From Escherichia phage vB_EcoM_PTE-Eco09: 64,000 nucleotides of DNA. The DNA is taken from sequence record PQ306574.1; one strand, 5' to 3'. This document shows, one piece after another, positions 37,664 through 46,133 of this stretch (position 1 is the first letter of the stretch; every line of letters begins with the position of its first letter). The position numbers and the translations under genes are program-made. The notes below the pieces were generated by a model. It did not search any database. It was not told the DNA's origin and saw nothing but the letters and a program-made list of their open reading frames with translations.

Positions 37664-37878
37664 AGAAGCCTAATACCGCTCACATGAAGGAAAACTGCCG
37701 ATGTGTTAGATGTGGTTGGCCTATTGTCTTCACTTGCTGTAACGACGATATGCAGCGTTTACCGTGGGGAATGTGGGATTGGTGGATGTATTGTAGCAAT
37801 AAAGGATGCATCCACCACGAAGGCGAAGGAGTATTTCAGGAAACGCCTGATTGGGTGGAGGTGATAGAAAATGCTTGA
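37660..37878 (+). CDS. Small Cys/Trp-rich protein (72 aa)
   Basis: CRCVRCGW..CCNDD..C..C; TTGGAG RBS. Confidence 0.4.
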   Translation: MKKPNTAHMKENCRCVRCGWPIVFTCCNDDMQRLPWGMWDWWMYCSNKGCIHHEGEGVFQETPDWVEVIENA

Positions 37879-38164
37879 GACTACCATTAACCTTGTTATG
37901 TGGACTTTCAATTTCGTTATTGTTATTATGGCGGGTATTGAGATTGTCAAGCAATATCTGTTACAATCCAGAAATAAACATGTTGTAATTGATATGGACT
38001 CTCAAGGAAATAAGCTGATCCGGTTAGAAGATGGTCGGGAATATTGGGTAGGTTATCCAAAGACACTACGCGGATTTATCTTTGCTATGGGGGTTTGCTT
38101 CTTTTTCCTTTGTATCTGGACTTATATCGGTTTAGGCCTTGTTGGATTTTTGGAGATTAATTAA
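37871..38164 (+). CDS. Small membrane protein (97 aa)
   Basis: Two hydrophobic segments; overlaps neighbours by a few nt. Confidence 0.5.
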   Translation: MLETTINLVMWTFNFVIVIMAGIEIVKQYLLQSRNKHVVIDMDSQGNKLIRLEDGREYWVGYPKTLRGFIFAMGVCFFFLCIWTYIGLGLVGFLEIN

Positions 38165-38760
38165 TGGCGCAATTATATTTCTACTATGCATCTATGAACG
38201 CTGGCAAATCAACTTCTCTGTTACAAAGTGCTTATAACTATACCGAACGTGATATGCGAGTATTAATTCTTAAGCCAGCGATTGATAATCGAGATTCAGA
38301 AAGTGAAGTTGTTTCCCGAATTGGTCTAAGTGCTCCAGCGATCACCTTCACTAAATCGGATGATCTTTTCGATTTGGTTTATCGTGAATCATTAGGTAAG
38401 CGTAGACCGGATCGCTGGCGTCCTGATGCTGTATTTGTAGATGAAGCCCAATTTATGACTAAAGAGCATGTTTTAGGCTTGTGTGCGCTTGTTGATGATG
38501 CAAATATCCCTGTACTGTGCTATGGCCTTCGCACCGACTTTCAGGGCAATCTATTTGAAGGATCTGCGGCATTAATGGCATTTGCTGATAAACTGGTCGA
38601 AATGAAGGGTATTTGTCATTGTGGCAAGAAAGCAACAATGGTCCTTCGTGTAGATAAAGAGGGTAATGTTATTCGCGATGGTGCTCAAATAGAAGTTGGT
38701 GCAGAGGATAAATATGTCTCTGTGTGCCGTAAACATTTTATTGACGGTACTACCAAATAA
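38164..38760 (+). CDS. tk: Thymidine kinase
   Basis: YASMNAGKSTSLLQ P-loop, VFVDEAQF, YGLRTDFQGNLFEGS, CHCGKKA resemble T4 Tk. Confidence 0.9.
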   Translation: MAQLYFYYASMNAGKSTSLLQSAYNYTERDMRVLILKPAIDNRDSESEVVSRIGLSAPAITFTKSDDLFDLVYRESLGKRRPDRWRPDAVFVDEAQFMTKEHVLGLCALVDDANIPVLCYGLRTDFQGNLFEGSAALMAFADKLVEMKGICHCGKKATMVLRVDKEGNVIRDGAQIEVGAEDKYVSVCRKHFIDGTTK

Positions 38761-38779
38761 GAGTTAATCATAAATAAAG

Positions 38780-38819
38780 CCCCAGATTATAAATATAACT
38801 GAATATTTTTAATCTGGGG
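38780..38819 (+). promoter_or_regulatory. Long hairpin carrying a TATAAATA late-promoter motif in its loop
   Basis: CCCCAGATT..(22-nt loop containing TATAAATA at 38788-38795)..AATCTGGGG, about 33 nt upstream of the ATG at 38829. Confidence 0.35.
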
Positions 38820-38828
38820 GAATGACTT

Positions 38829-39131
38829 ATGTCATTTATTCGTAAAACTCTAACAGCGGCAATATGCTTGACTGCGGTCGGAAGTGTCAGTGCTGATCAA
38901 TATGATCCAACTGGTGACTTTACTGATTATTTCGACGGTGCAATGATAGTATATGTAAACAAAATATCTCCTTCCATTGAAACCAGCCAGAAATTTCATG
39001 CCCATATTATGAAGATGTATGCTCGTAGTAAATGTATGGATTCTAAGCAGTGTTTTATTATGGGGGAATATGCCGCACAACAGTTTGTTATGTTGCATAA
39101 TATGGAGAATCGAGAACATGAAATTCAGTGA
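38829..39131 (+). CDS. Secreted protein of unknown function (100 aa)
   Basis: Signal peptide MSFIRKTLTAAICLTAVGSVSA; GGGGGAA RBS. Confidence 0.5.
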   Translation: MSFIRKTLTAAICLTAVGSVSADQYDPTGDFTDYFDGAMIVYVNKISPSIETSQKFHAHIMKMYARSKCMDSKQCFIMGEYAAQQFVMLHNMENREHEIQ

Positions 39132-39516
39132 TTTTCGAAAGACGTCCGAAGATGGGAAAGCTAATAAAGTTGACCGCTTTATCGGTGAATGTCTGATGAG
39201 TGTTACTTATATGCATTCTGCGCATTTTGGAGTAACTGGTCCTGGATCTTATGCAAAACATAAGGCTCTAGAAGAGTTCTATCTTGAAATGCAAGAATTG
39301 GTTGATGATTTCACTGAAACCAATATTGGGATCACTGGTCGTTATCAGCCAACGTTGGTCGTCCGCAAGGAGATGAGCGAAATTGCCTATTTGCAAGAGT
39401 TAACGCAAATGGCTAGTGAGATTTATAATGATGTTGATAGCTCGTTACAGAGCGTTTTAGACGATATCAAAGCTCTATGCTTTAAAACAATTTATAAACT
39501 CACTCGATTGGCTTAA
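39118..39516 (+). CDS. Hypothetical protein (132 aa)
   Basis: First ATG with a weak RBS in a long track ORF; start uncertain. Confidence 0.45.
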   Translation: MKFSDFRKTSEDGKANKVDRFIGECLMSVTYMHSAHFGVTGPGSYAKHKALEEFYLEMQELVDDFTETNIGITGRYQPTLVVRKEMSEIAYLQELTQMASEIYNDVDSSLQSVLDDIKALCFKTIYKLTRLA

Positions 39517-39750
39517 TGTTAGTCACATTGGGATACATACCAGAAGTAAAAGAATACTAGCATCAACACAACTATTTGTCTTCCTCATACTTTCGCGTGT
39601 TCAATTACTGCCGAATCGGAAGACCCGTCTAAGACGAGGAAGGGTTATCATTGGAAAGGGATGGTGAATTGGTTACTATGTTTAACTAGTTTAGCAAAGG
39701 TCGATTCAAACACTACTATACAAATGGACGTGAATAAAATATAATCAAAA

Positions 39751-39780
39751 AGCCATCCGAAAGGGTGGCTTTTTCGTTTT
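39751..39780 (+). terminator. Rho-independent terminator
   Basis: AGCCATCCGAAAGGGTGGCT hairpin followed by TTTTTCGTTTT. Confidence 0.65.
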
Positions 39781-39786
39781 TAGGTG

Positions 39787-39815
39787 TTGACAACCGGAAT
39801 AGGGTATAGCATAAT
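39787..39815 (+). promoter_or_regulatory. Early promoter module (TTGACA-N17-CATAAT)
   Basis: GGTGTTGACA..TAGCATAAT. Confidence 0.65.
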
Positions 39816-39844
39816 GCACACATTGACAACAAAGGAGAATCAAA

Positions 39845-40054
39845 ATGATTAATCCAGTAGCCGCAGCACTTGCTTCCGAAGAAACTTTGAAGTATATGGT
39901 AGAACATGCAGCAAAGAAAGGAGAAATTGTTACTGCCGATGAGATCGTAGAAACCATGCTCCGCGATCCGAAGGGTAACACTGCAAAGTTTTTCGGTGAT
40001 CATCTTAAGCTGGCTTACAAAACAATTATGGAGACCGTGAAGAATGCAAAATGA
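39845..40054 (+). CDS. Hypothetical protein (69 aa)
   Basis: AAGGAGAATCAAAATG leader. Confidence 0.55.
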   Translation: MINPVAAALASEETLKYMVEHAAKKGEIVTADEIVETMLRDPKGNTAKFFGDHLKLAYKTIMETVKNAK

Positions 40055-40382
40055 TGTGATTGAAATTATTATGAATCAATACCGAAACCGGATTTGGTCT
40101 GGACGTATCAAAGAAGAAAAGGCAAAACGGATCATCGAAAAATATGCTGAAAAGACTAAGCAAGCGCCAACGGCTAACAGAGTTATGATTCTTAAATGTC
40201 TGGTGCTTTCCGGTGACGATATGCCTATTGATGCAGAGACAGCCACCGATTTTCATAAGACCTATCGCCAGTGTGATGTAATTTTTACTTCTGGCTTCGG
40301 TAGTTATGACTCTATTATGTGGAATTTAATGCACCTTGACTCAACGATCTGGGATGTGCTTTCAGAGGAGGGTTACAAATGA
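40044..40382 (+). CDS. Hypothetical protein (112 aa)
   Basis: ATG overlapping the upstream ORF end. Confidence 0.5.
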   Translation: MQNDVIEIIMNQYRNRIWSGRIKEEKAKRIIEKYAEKTKQAPTANRVMILKCLVLSGDDMPIDAETATDFHKTYRQCDVIFTSGFGSYDSIMWNLMHLDSTIWDVLSEEGYK

Positions 40383-40729
40383 ACATTGACATTCAACGAC
40401 TAATTGATCATCTTCATGCGGGAATACCTTATCATGGCGACGTTACCCGCGATATTCTTGATGTGTTGGAATATACCCAGCAAGTGATCAACGAAAAGCA
40501 AGCATTAGAATCACGGATCGACGAGGCAATAGGAAACATTGCAACCGAAGATGAATTAGATAATCACTTTGGACCTGTTCTTGATGCTCTTATGGCTGCG
40601 CGTGATACCAAACTGAAACAGGATAAACAAGAATTTATCCTTGATGGTTTAGCTCGTTATCACAATGCAATCGATATTATGAATAACCAGCATGATTATG
40701 CTATTAGTGTTTTGCGAGGTCTGGCATGA
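40379..40729 (+). CDS. Hypothetical protein (116 aa)
   Basis: GAGGAGGG RBS; ATGA overlap. Confidence 0.5.
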   Translation: MNIDIQRLIDHLHAGIPYHGDVTRDILDVLEYTQQVINEKQALESRIDEAIGNIATEDELDNHFGPVLDALMAARDTKLKQDKQEFILDGLARYHNAIDIMNNQHDYAISVLRGLA

Positions 40730-41010
40730 AAGACACAAACGAATTTAACGGTATTCAGGTAAGCCCGAATTTTATTGTTCCATCACTGGTGACTAAGCTG
40801 AATGGTCATATGGTCGCTTTGTCTTCCACACCGCCAGAATCAGGAAAGTTTATTACTATCGTAGTTTATGCGGGGCAAATTTTCTCTCATGATTGCTGCA
40901 TGAAAAATGGTCAGTTGATGGTTGCAAATTATGACTACGGCGACCTTGAATGGGAAGTTTTAGGTCTGGCTAAAGGTGCTGAAATTCTGGGCTACATTCG
41001 ATTAGTTTAA
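40726..41010 (+). CDS. Hypothetical protein (94 aa)
   Basis: GCGAGGT RBS; ATGA overlap. Confidence 0.5.
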   Translation: MKDTNEFNGIQVSPNFIVPSLVTKLNGHMVALSSTPPESGKFITIVVYAGQIFSHDCCMKNGQLMVANYDYGDLEWEVLGLAKGAEILGYIRLV

Positions 41011-41028
41011 AATTTTTCTTAGAAAGTG

Positions 41029-41057
41029 TTGACAGCGTTCCGGTGTTATTGCATAAT
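41029..41057 (+). promoter_or_regulatory. Early promoter module (TTGACA-N17-CATAAT), conserved-leader type
   Basis: AGTGTTGACA..TTGCATAAT..ATCGAAACGAGATAC..AGGAGAATCAAAATG. Confidence 0.65.
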
Positions 41058-41097
41058 ACACACATCGAAACGAGATACACTTTCTAGGAGAATCAAA

Positions 41098-41319
41098 ATG
41101 GCAACTGTTAAAATTATCAAATCTTCCGCTGGTTTCGGTTTCATGCGTGGCGCTAAGTACCCGATGATTATTGAAAACGTTGCCATCGAAGATGGTATGG
41201 CTAAAGTAACCAGCCGTCAATTGTTCGAAGCTGGTGTTAAAACCGCTGAATCATGGGCGCTTCGCTATCCTAACAAAACATGGTCTTTCTTCCTGGATGG
41301 TGAAGCAGAGGTCATCTAA
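41098..41319 (+). CDS. Hypothetical protein (73 aa)
   Basis: ATG after the promoter and AGGAGA RBS. Confidence 0.55.
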   Translation: MATVKIIKSSAGFGFMRGAKYPMIIENVAIEDGMAKVTSRQLFEAGVKTAESWALRYPNKTWSFFLDGEAEVI

Positions 41320-41337
41320 GTAATATTATCAATCAAT

Positions 41338-41360
41338 GCCCCTTAATTGGGGCTTTTCTT
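41338..41360 (+). terminator. Rho-independent terminator
   Basis: GCCCCTTAATTGGGGC hairpin followed by TTTTCTT. Confidence 0.6.
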
Positions 41361-41373
41361 GTGAGGAAATTTT

Positions 41374-42150
41374 ATGGCAATATCTTCTGGATGGGTAGGA
41401 TCATCTGCGGTGTCCGAGACTGGTCAACGGTGGATGAGCGCCGCAATGCAAGCTGTACGCTTAGGTCGTCCGGCGTATATGTCGGCAATGGTCGGACGCT
41501 CTAAAGAGATTCATTATAGCATTGGTGCTAGTAACTCTTACAATAAAGACACTCTTATTAACTGGATGAAAGCACAAGGATCTACTCCTGTAGTAATTAC
41601 TATCACGGGTGATATTGTTTCCCAATCTACTGGAGTTCCTTGTCTTGACTTCCCTAGCTCGTTAACAAACGAATATGTAACATTGATCATTAACTCCGGT
41701 GTGACTGTCTACGGACGTGGGGGTAATGGTGGTAGTAACGCTGCTGGCGCTGCTGGTGGAAACGCAATCAATAACGCTATCGGTACACGTCTACGAATTA
41801 CAAATAACGGTGCTATCGCTGGTGGCGGCGGTGGCGGCGGTGGCGGTAACAGGGGTAAACTATCATTTGGTGGTGGCGGTGGTCGCCCATTCGGTGCTGC
41901 CGGGTCTTCCTCTAATATGGGTTCTGGTGCAACCGCTGGCTCCATTTCCGCTCCGGGTAAAGGATCTGTTGGTTCGGGGTCTCTTAGTGCATATACAGGC
42001 GGTGCGGGCGGTAACGTTGGTGCTGCTGGAGGAAGATGTAATACTCATGGGAACTGTACAGAATATAACGGTGGTGCTGCTGGTAAAGCCGTTACTGGTA
42101 ATGCTCCACGCTGGGATAAAGTAGGCACGATCTACGGCGATCGCGTGTAA
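41374..42150 (+). CDS. Glycine-rich receptor-binding adhesin-like protein (T2/T6-type gp38-like), orphan
   Basis: N-terminal GWVGSSAVSETGQRWMSAAMQAVRLG..ITITGDIV resembles the gp37-binding domain of T2-type gp38 as recalled; C-terminal poly-Gly motifs (GGGGGGGGGN, FGGGGGRPFGAAG) alternating with variable segments. Confidence 0.55.
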   Translation: MAISSGWVGSSAVSETGQRWMSAAMQAVRLGRPAYMSAMVGRSKEIHYSIGASNSYNKDTLINWMKAQGSTPVVITITGDIVSQSTGVPCLDFPSSLTNEYVTLIINSGVTVYGRGGNGGSNAAGAAGGNAINNAIGTRLRITNNGAIAGGGGGGGGGNRGKLSFGGGGGRPFGAAGSSSNMGSGATAGSISAPGKGSVGSGSLSAYTGGAGGNVGAAGGRCNTHGNCTEYNGGAAGKAVTGNAPRWDKVGTIYGDRV

Positions 42151-42157
42151 TTTTATG

Positions 42158-42190
42158 GGCTATCCTTCGGGATAGCCTTTTTTTGTTTTT
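42158..42190 (+). terminator. Rho-independent terminator
   Basis: GGCTATCCTTCGGGATAGCC hairpin followed by TTTTTTTGTTTTT. Confidence 0.7.
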
Positions 42191-42195
42191 GGGTG

Positions 42196-42223
42196 TTGAC
42201 AAAGATAATCACAATGCTATAAT
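42196..42223 (+). promoter_or_regulatory. Early promoter module (TTGACA-N16-TATAAT)
   Basis: GGGTGTTGACA..GCTATAAT. Confidence 0.65.
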
Positions 42224-42252
42224 GCACGCATACCAACTAAGGAGAATCAAAG

Positions 42253-42543
42253 ATGACCACTGAACAATTAATCAAGCATACCCGAAACATCATCTGGGAT
42301 CTGTCTGGAGATAAAGAGGAACAAGCTGAACGCATTTTGGCTAAACTCTATAAGCGCCGTGACCGTGGAGTATCAGCAAAGAAAGTAGAAACTTTCAAAG
42401 AATTGTCTTTCATCGAAGCTAAAAAGGATGGATTAATTTATCAGTTGACAGATGGTTATTGGTGCTATGATAATACTCGCTATGACACCGCGACCGATGC
42501 ATTAAAAGCATGTAATGACCATCTTCGCAAAACTACAATTTGA
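42253..42543 (+). CDS. Hypothetical protein (96 aa)
   Basis: AAGGAGAATCAAAGATG leader. Confidence 0.55.
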   Translation: MTTEQLIKHTRNIIWDLSGDKEEQAERILAKLYKRRDRGVSAKKVETFKELSFIEAKKDGLIYQLTDGYWCYDNTRYDTATDALKACNDHLRKTTI

Positions 42544-42553
42544 GGATTATATT

Positions 42554-42751
42554 ATGAAGGTTAAAACATTGGCTGATATGGATGAGATCGAGACTCAAGT
42601 ACATGCGGCGCTAGTCGGTTATGAGTTCGGGCGATTCCTTAATAAGTTCCATGATTATAAATGCTTAAATTGTGGTGCTCATAACGTAATTGGTGCTTGC
42701 TGTATTAATCCGGTTATAGTACCATATAAAAGAAATGAAACAGAAGAGTGA
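42554..42751 (+). CDS. Small Cys-containing protein (65 aa)
   Basis: TGAGGATTATATTATG leader; CLNCGAHNVIGACC. Confidence 0.5.
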   Translation: MKVKTLADMDEIETQVHAALVGYEFGRFLNKFHDYKCLNCGAHNVIGACCINPVIVPYKRNETEE

Positions 42752-42761
42752 GGAATATAGA

Positions 42762-43196
42762 ATGAAAAAGTTGATGGCGACCTTTCATGATATGCGAGAT
42801 CTACCAGGTTTAGCACATGTCGATTTTCCTGTTACTATGGAAGTGTCGGAATATGACGGTTATCATGATATTCTGTTTATTAAAAACACTGAGTTTATCC
42901 GCTTAGGCGCTAAACCTGCTGTGCTATACCCAGAAGGAAACCGGACAGCGGTCAGAAAAACAAATTCTGTTAAATTGGCATTTAGTTCAGATGTTGGCTT
43001 GGAACCCGCTTTCGGATATACTCCGGTCGAGATCACAAAATCGAATACTTCTTTCGTGAAAGTTGGAGAGAAAACGCATATTTCAACTATGCCGAACGGT
43101 GCACAATATCTATGGTCCGATTTCTGCCAGCGTTATGAGCGTTTATCATGGGCTACCCGCTTATGGTGTGTTGAGTATAAGGAGATCACAAAATGA
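42762..43196 (+). CDS. Hypothetical protein (144 aa)
   Basis: GAGGAA RBS. Confidence 0.5.
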   Translation: MKKLMATFHDMRDLPGLAHVDFPVTMEVSEYDGYHDILFIKNTEFIRLGAKPAVLYPEGNRTAVRKTNSVKLAFSSDVGLEPAFGYTPVEITKSNTSFVKVGEKTHISTMPNGAQYLWSDFCQRYERLSWATRLWCVEYKEITK

Positions 43197-43447
43197 TCAC
43201 CGGATATATTCCATATTCAACGACAAAACACATTATCGGATTCGAAGACATAGAAAAGTCTTGCTTTCCTCTCAAGGTTGAAGTAGACTTTATTACAGCG
43301 AACGGGTGGGCTTATATTACCGTAGAAGAAATGAAGCGAGTGGGGTGGGAAAACTGCATACACCTACCGCATCTTATCCTAGATGTTCGCGCTGGTGAAA
43401 TTGATATTGCTGGAAAGATCTATGGAGATAATGTAAATGAAAATTGA
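43193..43447 (+). CDS. Hypothetical protein (84 aa)
   Basis: AAGGAGA RBS; ATGA overlap. Confidence 0.5.
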   Translation: MITGYIPYSTTKHIIGFEDIEKSCFPLKVEVDFITANGWAYITVEEMKRVGWENCIHLPHLILDVRAGEIDIAGKIYGDNVNEN

Positions 43448-43694
43448 AATTATTGACCGTGCTGGGTATACTTTCATGGAAAAAGTTAAACTTCCTATCA
43501 TTGTTGAAGGTCGCCCCTTATGTCAAGGATTCATGATAAAGACCAGAGAACTACGAAATGCGGGTGTTCCTGTTGAATCATGTTTCAGTGATGATTATGA
43601 ATGGTGTTTCAGTGGTTTACGTGCACATAAAGTAAAAGAAGCACGAAAAGCATCATGGTTTACTCGCTTGAATAACTGGTTGAGGAAACTGTGA
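43437..43694 (+). CDS. Hypothetical protein (85 aa)
   Basis: TGGAGATA RBS; N-terminal AGYTF motif shared with the next ORF. Confidence 0.5.
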   Translation: MKIEIIDRAGYTFMEKVKLPIIVEGRPLCQGFMIKTRELRNAGVPVESCFSDDYEWCFSGLRAHKVKEARKASWFTRLNNWLRKL

Positions 43695-44032
43695 TGTGTG
43701 AAATGAAAAAGTATATGATTCTAAGTGATTCAGGATACACCTTCTTACAAGGTATTGATAGTGACTCGCGTCCTATTGTATATGGCAAGGAACATCCGAC
43801 CATTCCTGGGATCATTCTTGTTACGACAACATCACTTCGTAGAGTGTCAGAAAGTCCATACCTACAAAACGTAAAGCAGGACCGAGAATGGGCTTTCGAG
43901 TTAGGTAAAGACCTTGTTGAATGGGTAAACTGTGAAGACAAGAACCAACGAAATCATGAAGGGAAGATTTCACGAATTGTACTGAGAGGAAAACTTGATG
44001 AAATCAAAAACAGGATTCTACAATCAATGTAA
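43694..44032 (+). CDS. Hypothetical protein (112 aa)
   Basis: ATG (the track start is GTG); SGYTF motif. Confidence 0.5.
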   Translation: MCEMKKYMILSDSGYTFLQGIDSDSRPIVYGKEHPTIPGIILVTTTSLRRVSESPYLQNVKQDREWAFELGKDLVEWVNCEDKNQRNHEGKISRIVLRGKLDEIKNRILQSM

Positions 44033-44252
44033 CAGGGTATTCATTGTCCTGCTGGATTCGGAAAACTATCCAGAACTCTCTAAAACGCGTTTTCCGTGCG
44101 TTGTTGAAGCACGCAAGGCATATGCACCAGATAAACAGTTTATAGTGTTAGCGAGCGAAATAGAGCGGTTAGGGGCGATTCCTAAACATGATGAATATGT
44201 GTTTTGTAAGGCGTTCTCTGTGCCTCATTTTGGTGTAGAGTTAATTCACTAA
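43998..44252 (+). CDS. Hypothetical protein (84 aa)
   Basis: ATG with GAGAGGA RBS (the track start is TTG). Confidence 0.45.
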   Translation: MKSKTGFYNQCNRVFIVLLDSENYPELSKTRFPCVVEARKAYAPDKQFIVLASEIERLGAIPKHDEYVFCKAFSVPHFGVELIH

Positions 44253-44268
44253 AATCATAAAAAAGTTG

Positions 44269-44297
44269 TTGACAGGGGATCGGTGATCCCCTATACT
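44269..44297 (+). promoter_or_regulatory. Early promoter module with spacer stem-loop
   Basis: TTGACA-N17-TATACT; spacer palindrome GGGGATCGGTGATCCCC; conserved leader ATCAAAACGAAACAC. Confidence 0.6.
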
Positions 44298-44339
44298 ACA
44301 CACATCAAAACGAAACACACTTTCTTAAGGAGAATCAAA

Positions 44340-44618
44340 ATGAGCAACCTGTCTTTCGCTAAAGTAGAAATTTCTAAAACTCGCGGTGGCTTTAAAATCA
44401 AAACTTCCAACATCACTTCCTGTCGTGGTTGCGTCCGGTTTGCGTTCGACTTGGCAGCGAAGCTGGGTATTAAAACCTTTACCGTTGAGAGCGGATCTAC
44501 CTGGACCACTCTGATTGTTACTGCCGCTTGGATCAATGGCGAGTATGTAGAAAAAGCATACTTTGACATTTTCTATGACTACGAAGAAAAATGCTTTTAT
44601 GCACTGCAAGACATGTAA
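44340..44618 (+). CDS. Hypothetical protein (92 aa)
   Basis: ATG after the promoter and AAGGAGAATCAAAATG leader. Confidence 0.55.
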   Translation: MSNLSFAKVEISKTRGGFKIKTSNITSCRGCVRFAFDLAAKLGIKTFTVESGSTWTTLIVTAAWINGEYVEKAYFDIFYDYEEKCFYALQDM

Positions 44619-44628
44619 GGAGGACAAT

Positions 44629-44937
44629 TTGACAACACAAGATATTGTTAATGTACTTTATATCTGGATTACTGGTGCAATGATCTCGTATCTAGTATTC
44701 TGCTTGTATGCCAGATTCGACAAGGACACCAAAGAGGTCGATACAGGAGCATATGCCATTTGTTCTATTGTATGGCCTTTAACGTGGGTAGTTGTGATCA
44801 TCGCTTACTCATACAAACTTCTTAAATGGCTTGGACTATCGATCGCGGGGAAACCGGAAGCGAAGCCGCGCACGCATAAAGGATTTACTCCAAAACAAGA
44901 AGACGACGGTCGATATAAACCGGAAGAAGATTTTTAA
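44629..44937 (+). CDS. Membrane protein (about 102 aa), TTG start
   Basis: AGGAGGA RBS 5 nt before TTG; two hydrophobic segments; start uncertain. Confidence 0.4.
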   Translation: MTTQDIVNVLYIWITGAMISYLVFCLYARFDKDTKEVDTGAYAICSIVWPLTWVVVIIAYSYKLLKWLGLSIAGKPEAKPRTHKGFTPKQEDDGRYKPEEDF

Positions 44938-44943
44938 AAACTG

Positions 44944-44972
44944 TTGACATGAAAATGCGGTTATCATATAAT
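44944..44972 (+). promoter_or_regulatory. Early promoter module with stem-loop over the -10 box
   Basis: TTGACA-N17-TATAAT; inverted repeat GCGGTTA/TAACCGC (44957-44978) encloses the -10. Confidence 0.6.
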
Positions 44973-45006
44973 AACCGCATCAAATGAACGATGTGAGGAT
45001 TATATT

Positions 45007-45315
45007 ATGTTTATCTCTTCTGCTACTCCAGTTAAAGTTTACGGCGAAACTGTGTATCTTCCGGCTGGCTATCGCTATGTTATCGTTGACCGTCACGGTG
45101 TAGTGTATGCTTTTAAAGGCCGTCCGGTTGAGATTGATTCTGAATACGGTACATGGGGATATAAAGCCGCATACATGGATATTCCTGATTTGGGAGTACG
45201 TTTAGGAAGATTTGATAATGATGTTAAACCATGCTTGATTAAGTATGCATCCTATGGTAAAACTGTTAAACCAAATAGCGTCGGCTGGATTGATAACGGC
45301 GTTAACGTGAAATAA
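45007..45315 (+). CDS. Hypothetical protein (102 aa)
   Basis: TGAGGATTATATTATG leader. Confidence 0.55.
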   Translation: MFISSATPVKVYGETVYLPAGYRYVIVDRHGVVYAFKGRPVEIDSEYGTWGYKAAYMDIPDLGVRLGRFDNDVKPCLIKYASYGKTVKPNSVGWIDNGVNVK

Positions 45316-45329
45316 TGTGAGGTGAATTT

Positions 45330-45623
45330 ATGCTGTCTACTCGTAAAATGGTTGTTGGTGTCGCTGAAAATGCTTTAGAAATCGCTGATGAGGCTTTGAC
45401 CGTAGCTTATGTTCGACGTGAAGAATTGCTATTGAAACACGCGGATCTATTGGTTGAACGGAAAGAGACTATGAAAGCTGGTAAAAGCACGCTCGCGATT
45501 GCCATTAAACTATCTGATAGTGAAGATGAGATCGTGGAGATCCACACTAAGATCAAGGAAGTAGAAAAATACTCTGAAATGCTGCGACATAATCTTGATG
45601 AATTAGGGGTAAATCATGGCTAA
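45330..45623 (+). CDS. Hypothetical protein (97 aa)
   Basis: TGAGGTGA RBS. Confidence 0.5.
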   Translation: MLSTRKMVVGVAENALEIADEALTVAYVRREELLLKHADLLVERKETMKAGKSTLAIAIKLSDSEDEIVEIHTKIKEVEKYSEMLRHNLDELGVNHG

Positions 45624-45837
45624 GTTACGATCTGGGCGAGTTTTAACGCTGGCTGAACTGAAAGAAAAAGGTTTAGACCCTGATTCTGTAGGTATTAGAC
45701 CTATTAATTACATTCTGTTTCTAGAGGGTAAACTCTTTACTAATGCTCATCCAGCATTAAATGCACCACATTTTTATAAGTGTAATGACTTTAACGGTTA
45801 TATCGTTCCAGAATATTTCTTAGAATTTGATGATTAG
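45616..45837 (+). CDS. Hypothetical protein (73 aa)
   Basis: AGGGGTAAA RBS. Confidence 0.5.
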   Translation: MAKLRSGRVLTLAELKEKGLDPDSVGIRPINYILFLEGKLFTNAHPALNAPHFYKCNDFNGYIVPEYFLEFDD

Positions 45838-46123
45838 TATAAAACACTCACCGACCGGAAAGGGGTCGGTGATCTTCAATGATGATAAACCGTTAATCTT
45901 AATTCGAAATGGTGACTGGACATTACATGATACCCGTGTTACTATCCATTCACCGCCTAAAGAGATTCAACGGGAATTGGTTAGGATCGCCCTAACCGAT
46001 AAGCATAAAGAGGCGGTAGGCTATTCTCTTTTGAAGTTGGGTGTTGACTTTCCTTTCGAGTATACGCTAACATTCAGAGAGCAGTCAGTGAAGCTAACAG
46101 AGATTCTATTCTCTGAGATATGA
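45830..46123 (+). CDS. Hypothetical protein (97 aa)
   Basis: ATG (the track start is TTG); weak RBS. Confidence 0.45.
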   Translation: MISIKHSPTGKGSVIFNDDKPLILIRNGDWTLHDTRVTIHSPPKEIQRELVRIALTDKHKEAVGYSLLKLGVDFPFEYTLTFREQSVKLTEILFSEI

Positions 46124-46133
46124 GGATTATATA

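Noticed and set aside
39517-39844. tRNA genes in the ORF-free gaps (39517-39844, 28004-28279, 23957-24145)
   Set aside because: No cloverleaf is derivable by eye: no acceptor-stem complementarity and no GTTCRANYC T-loop; the GGTCGATTCAAAC segment at about 39700 lacks a pairing partner
41709-41945. Minus-strand proline-rich ORF (78 aa) and plus-strand alternative-frame ORF 41717..42124
   Set aside because: Both are artefacts of the GGN-repeat coding sequence of the glycine-rich adhesin-like gene (GGN reverse complement gives NCC, proline); no independent start context
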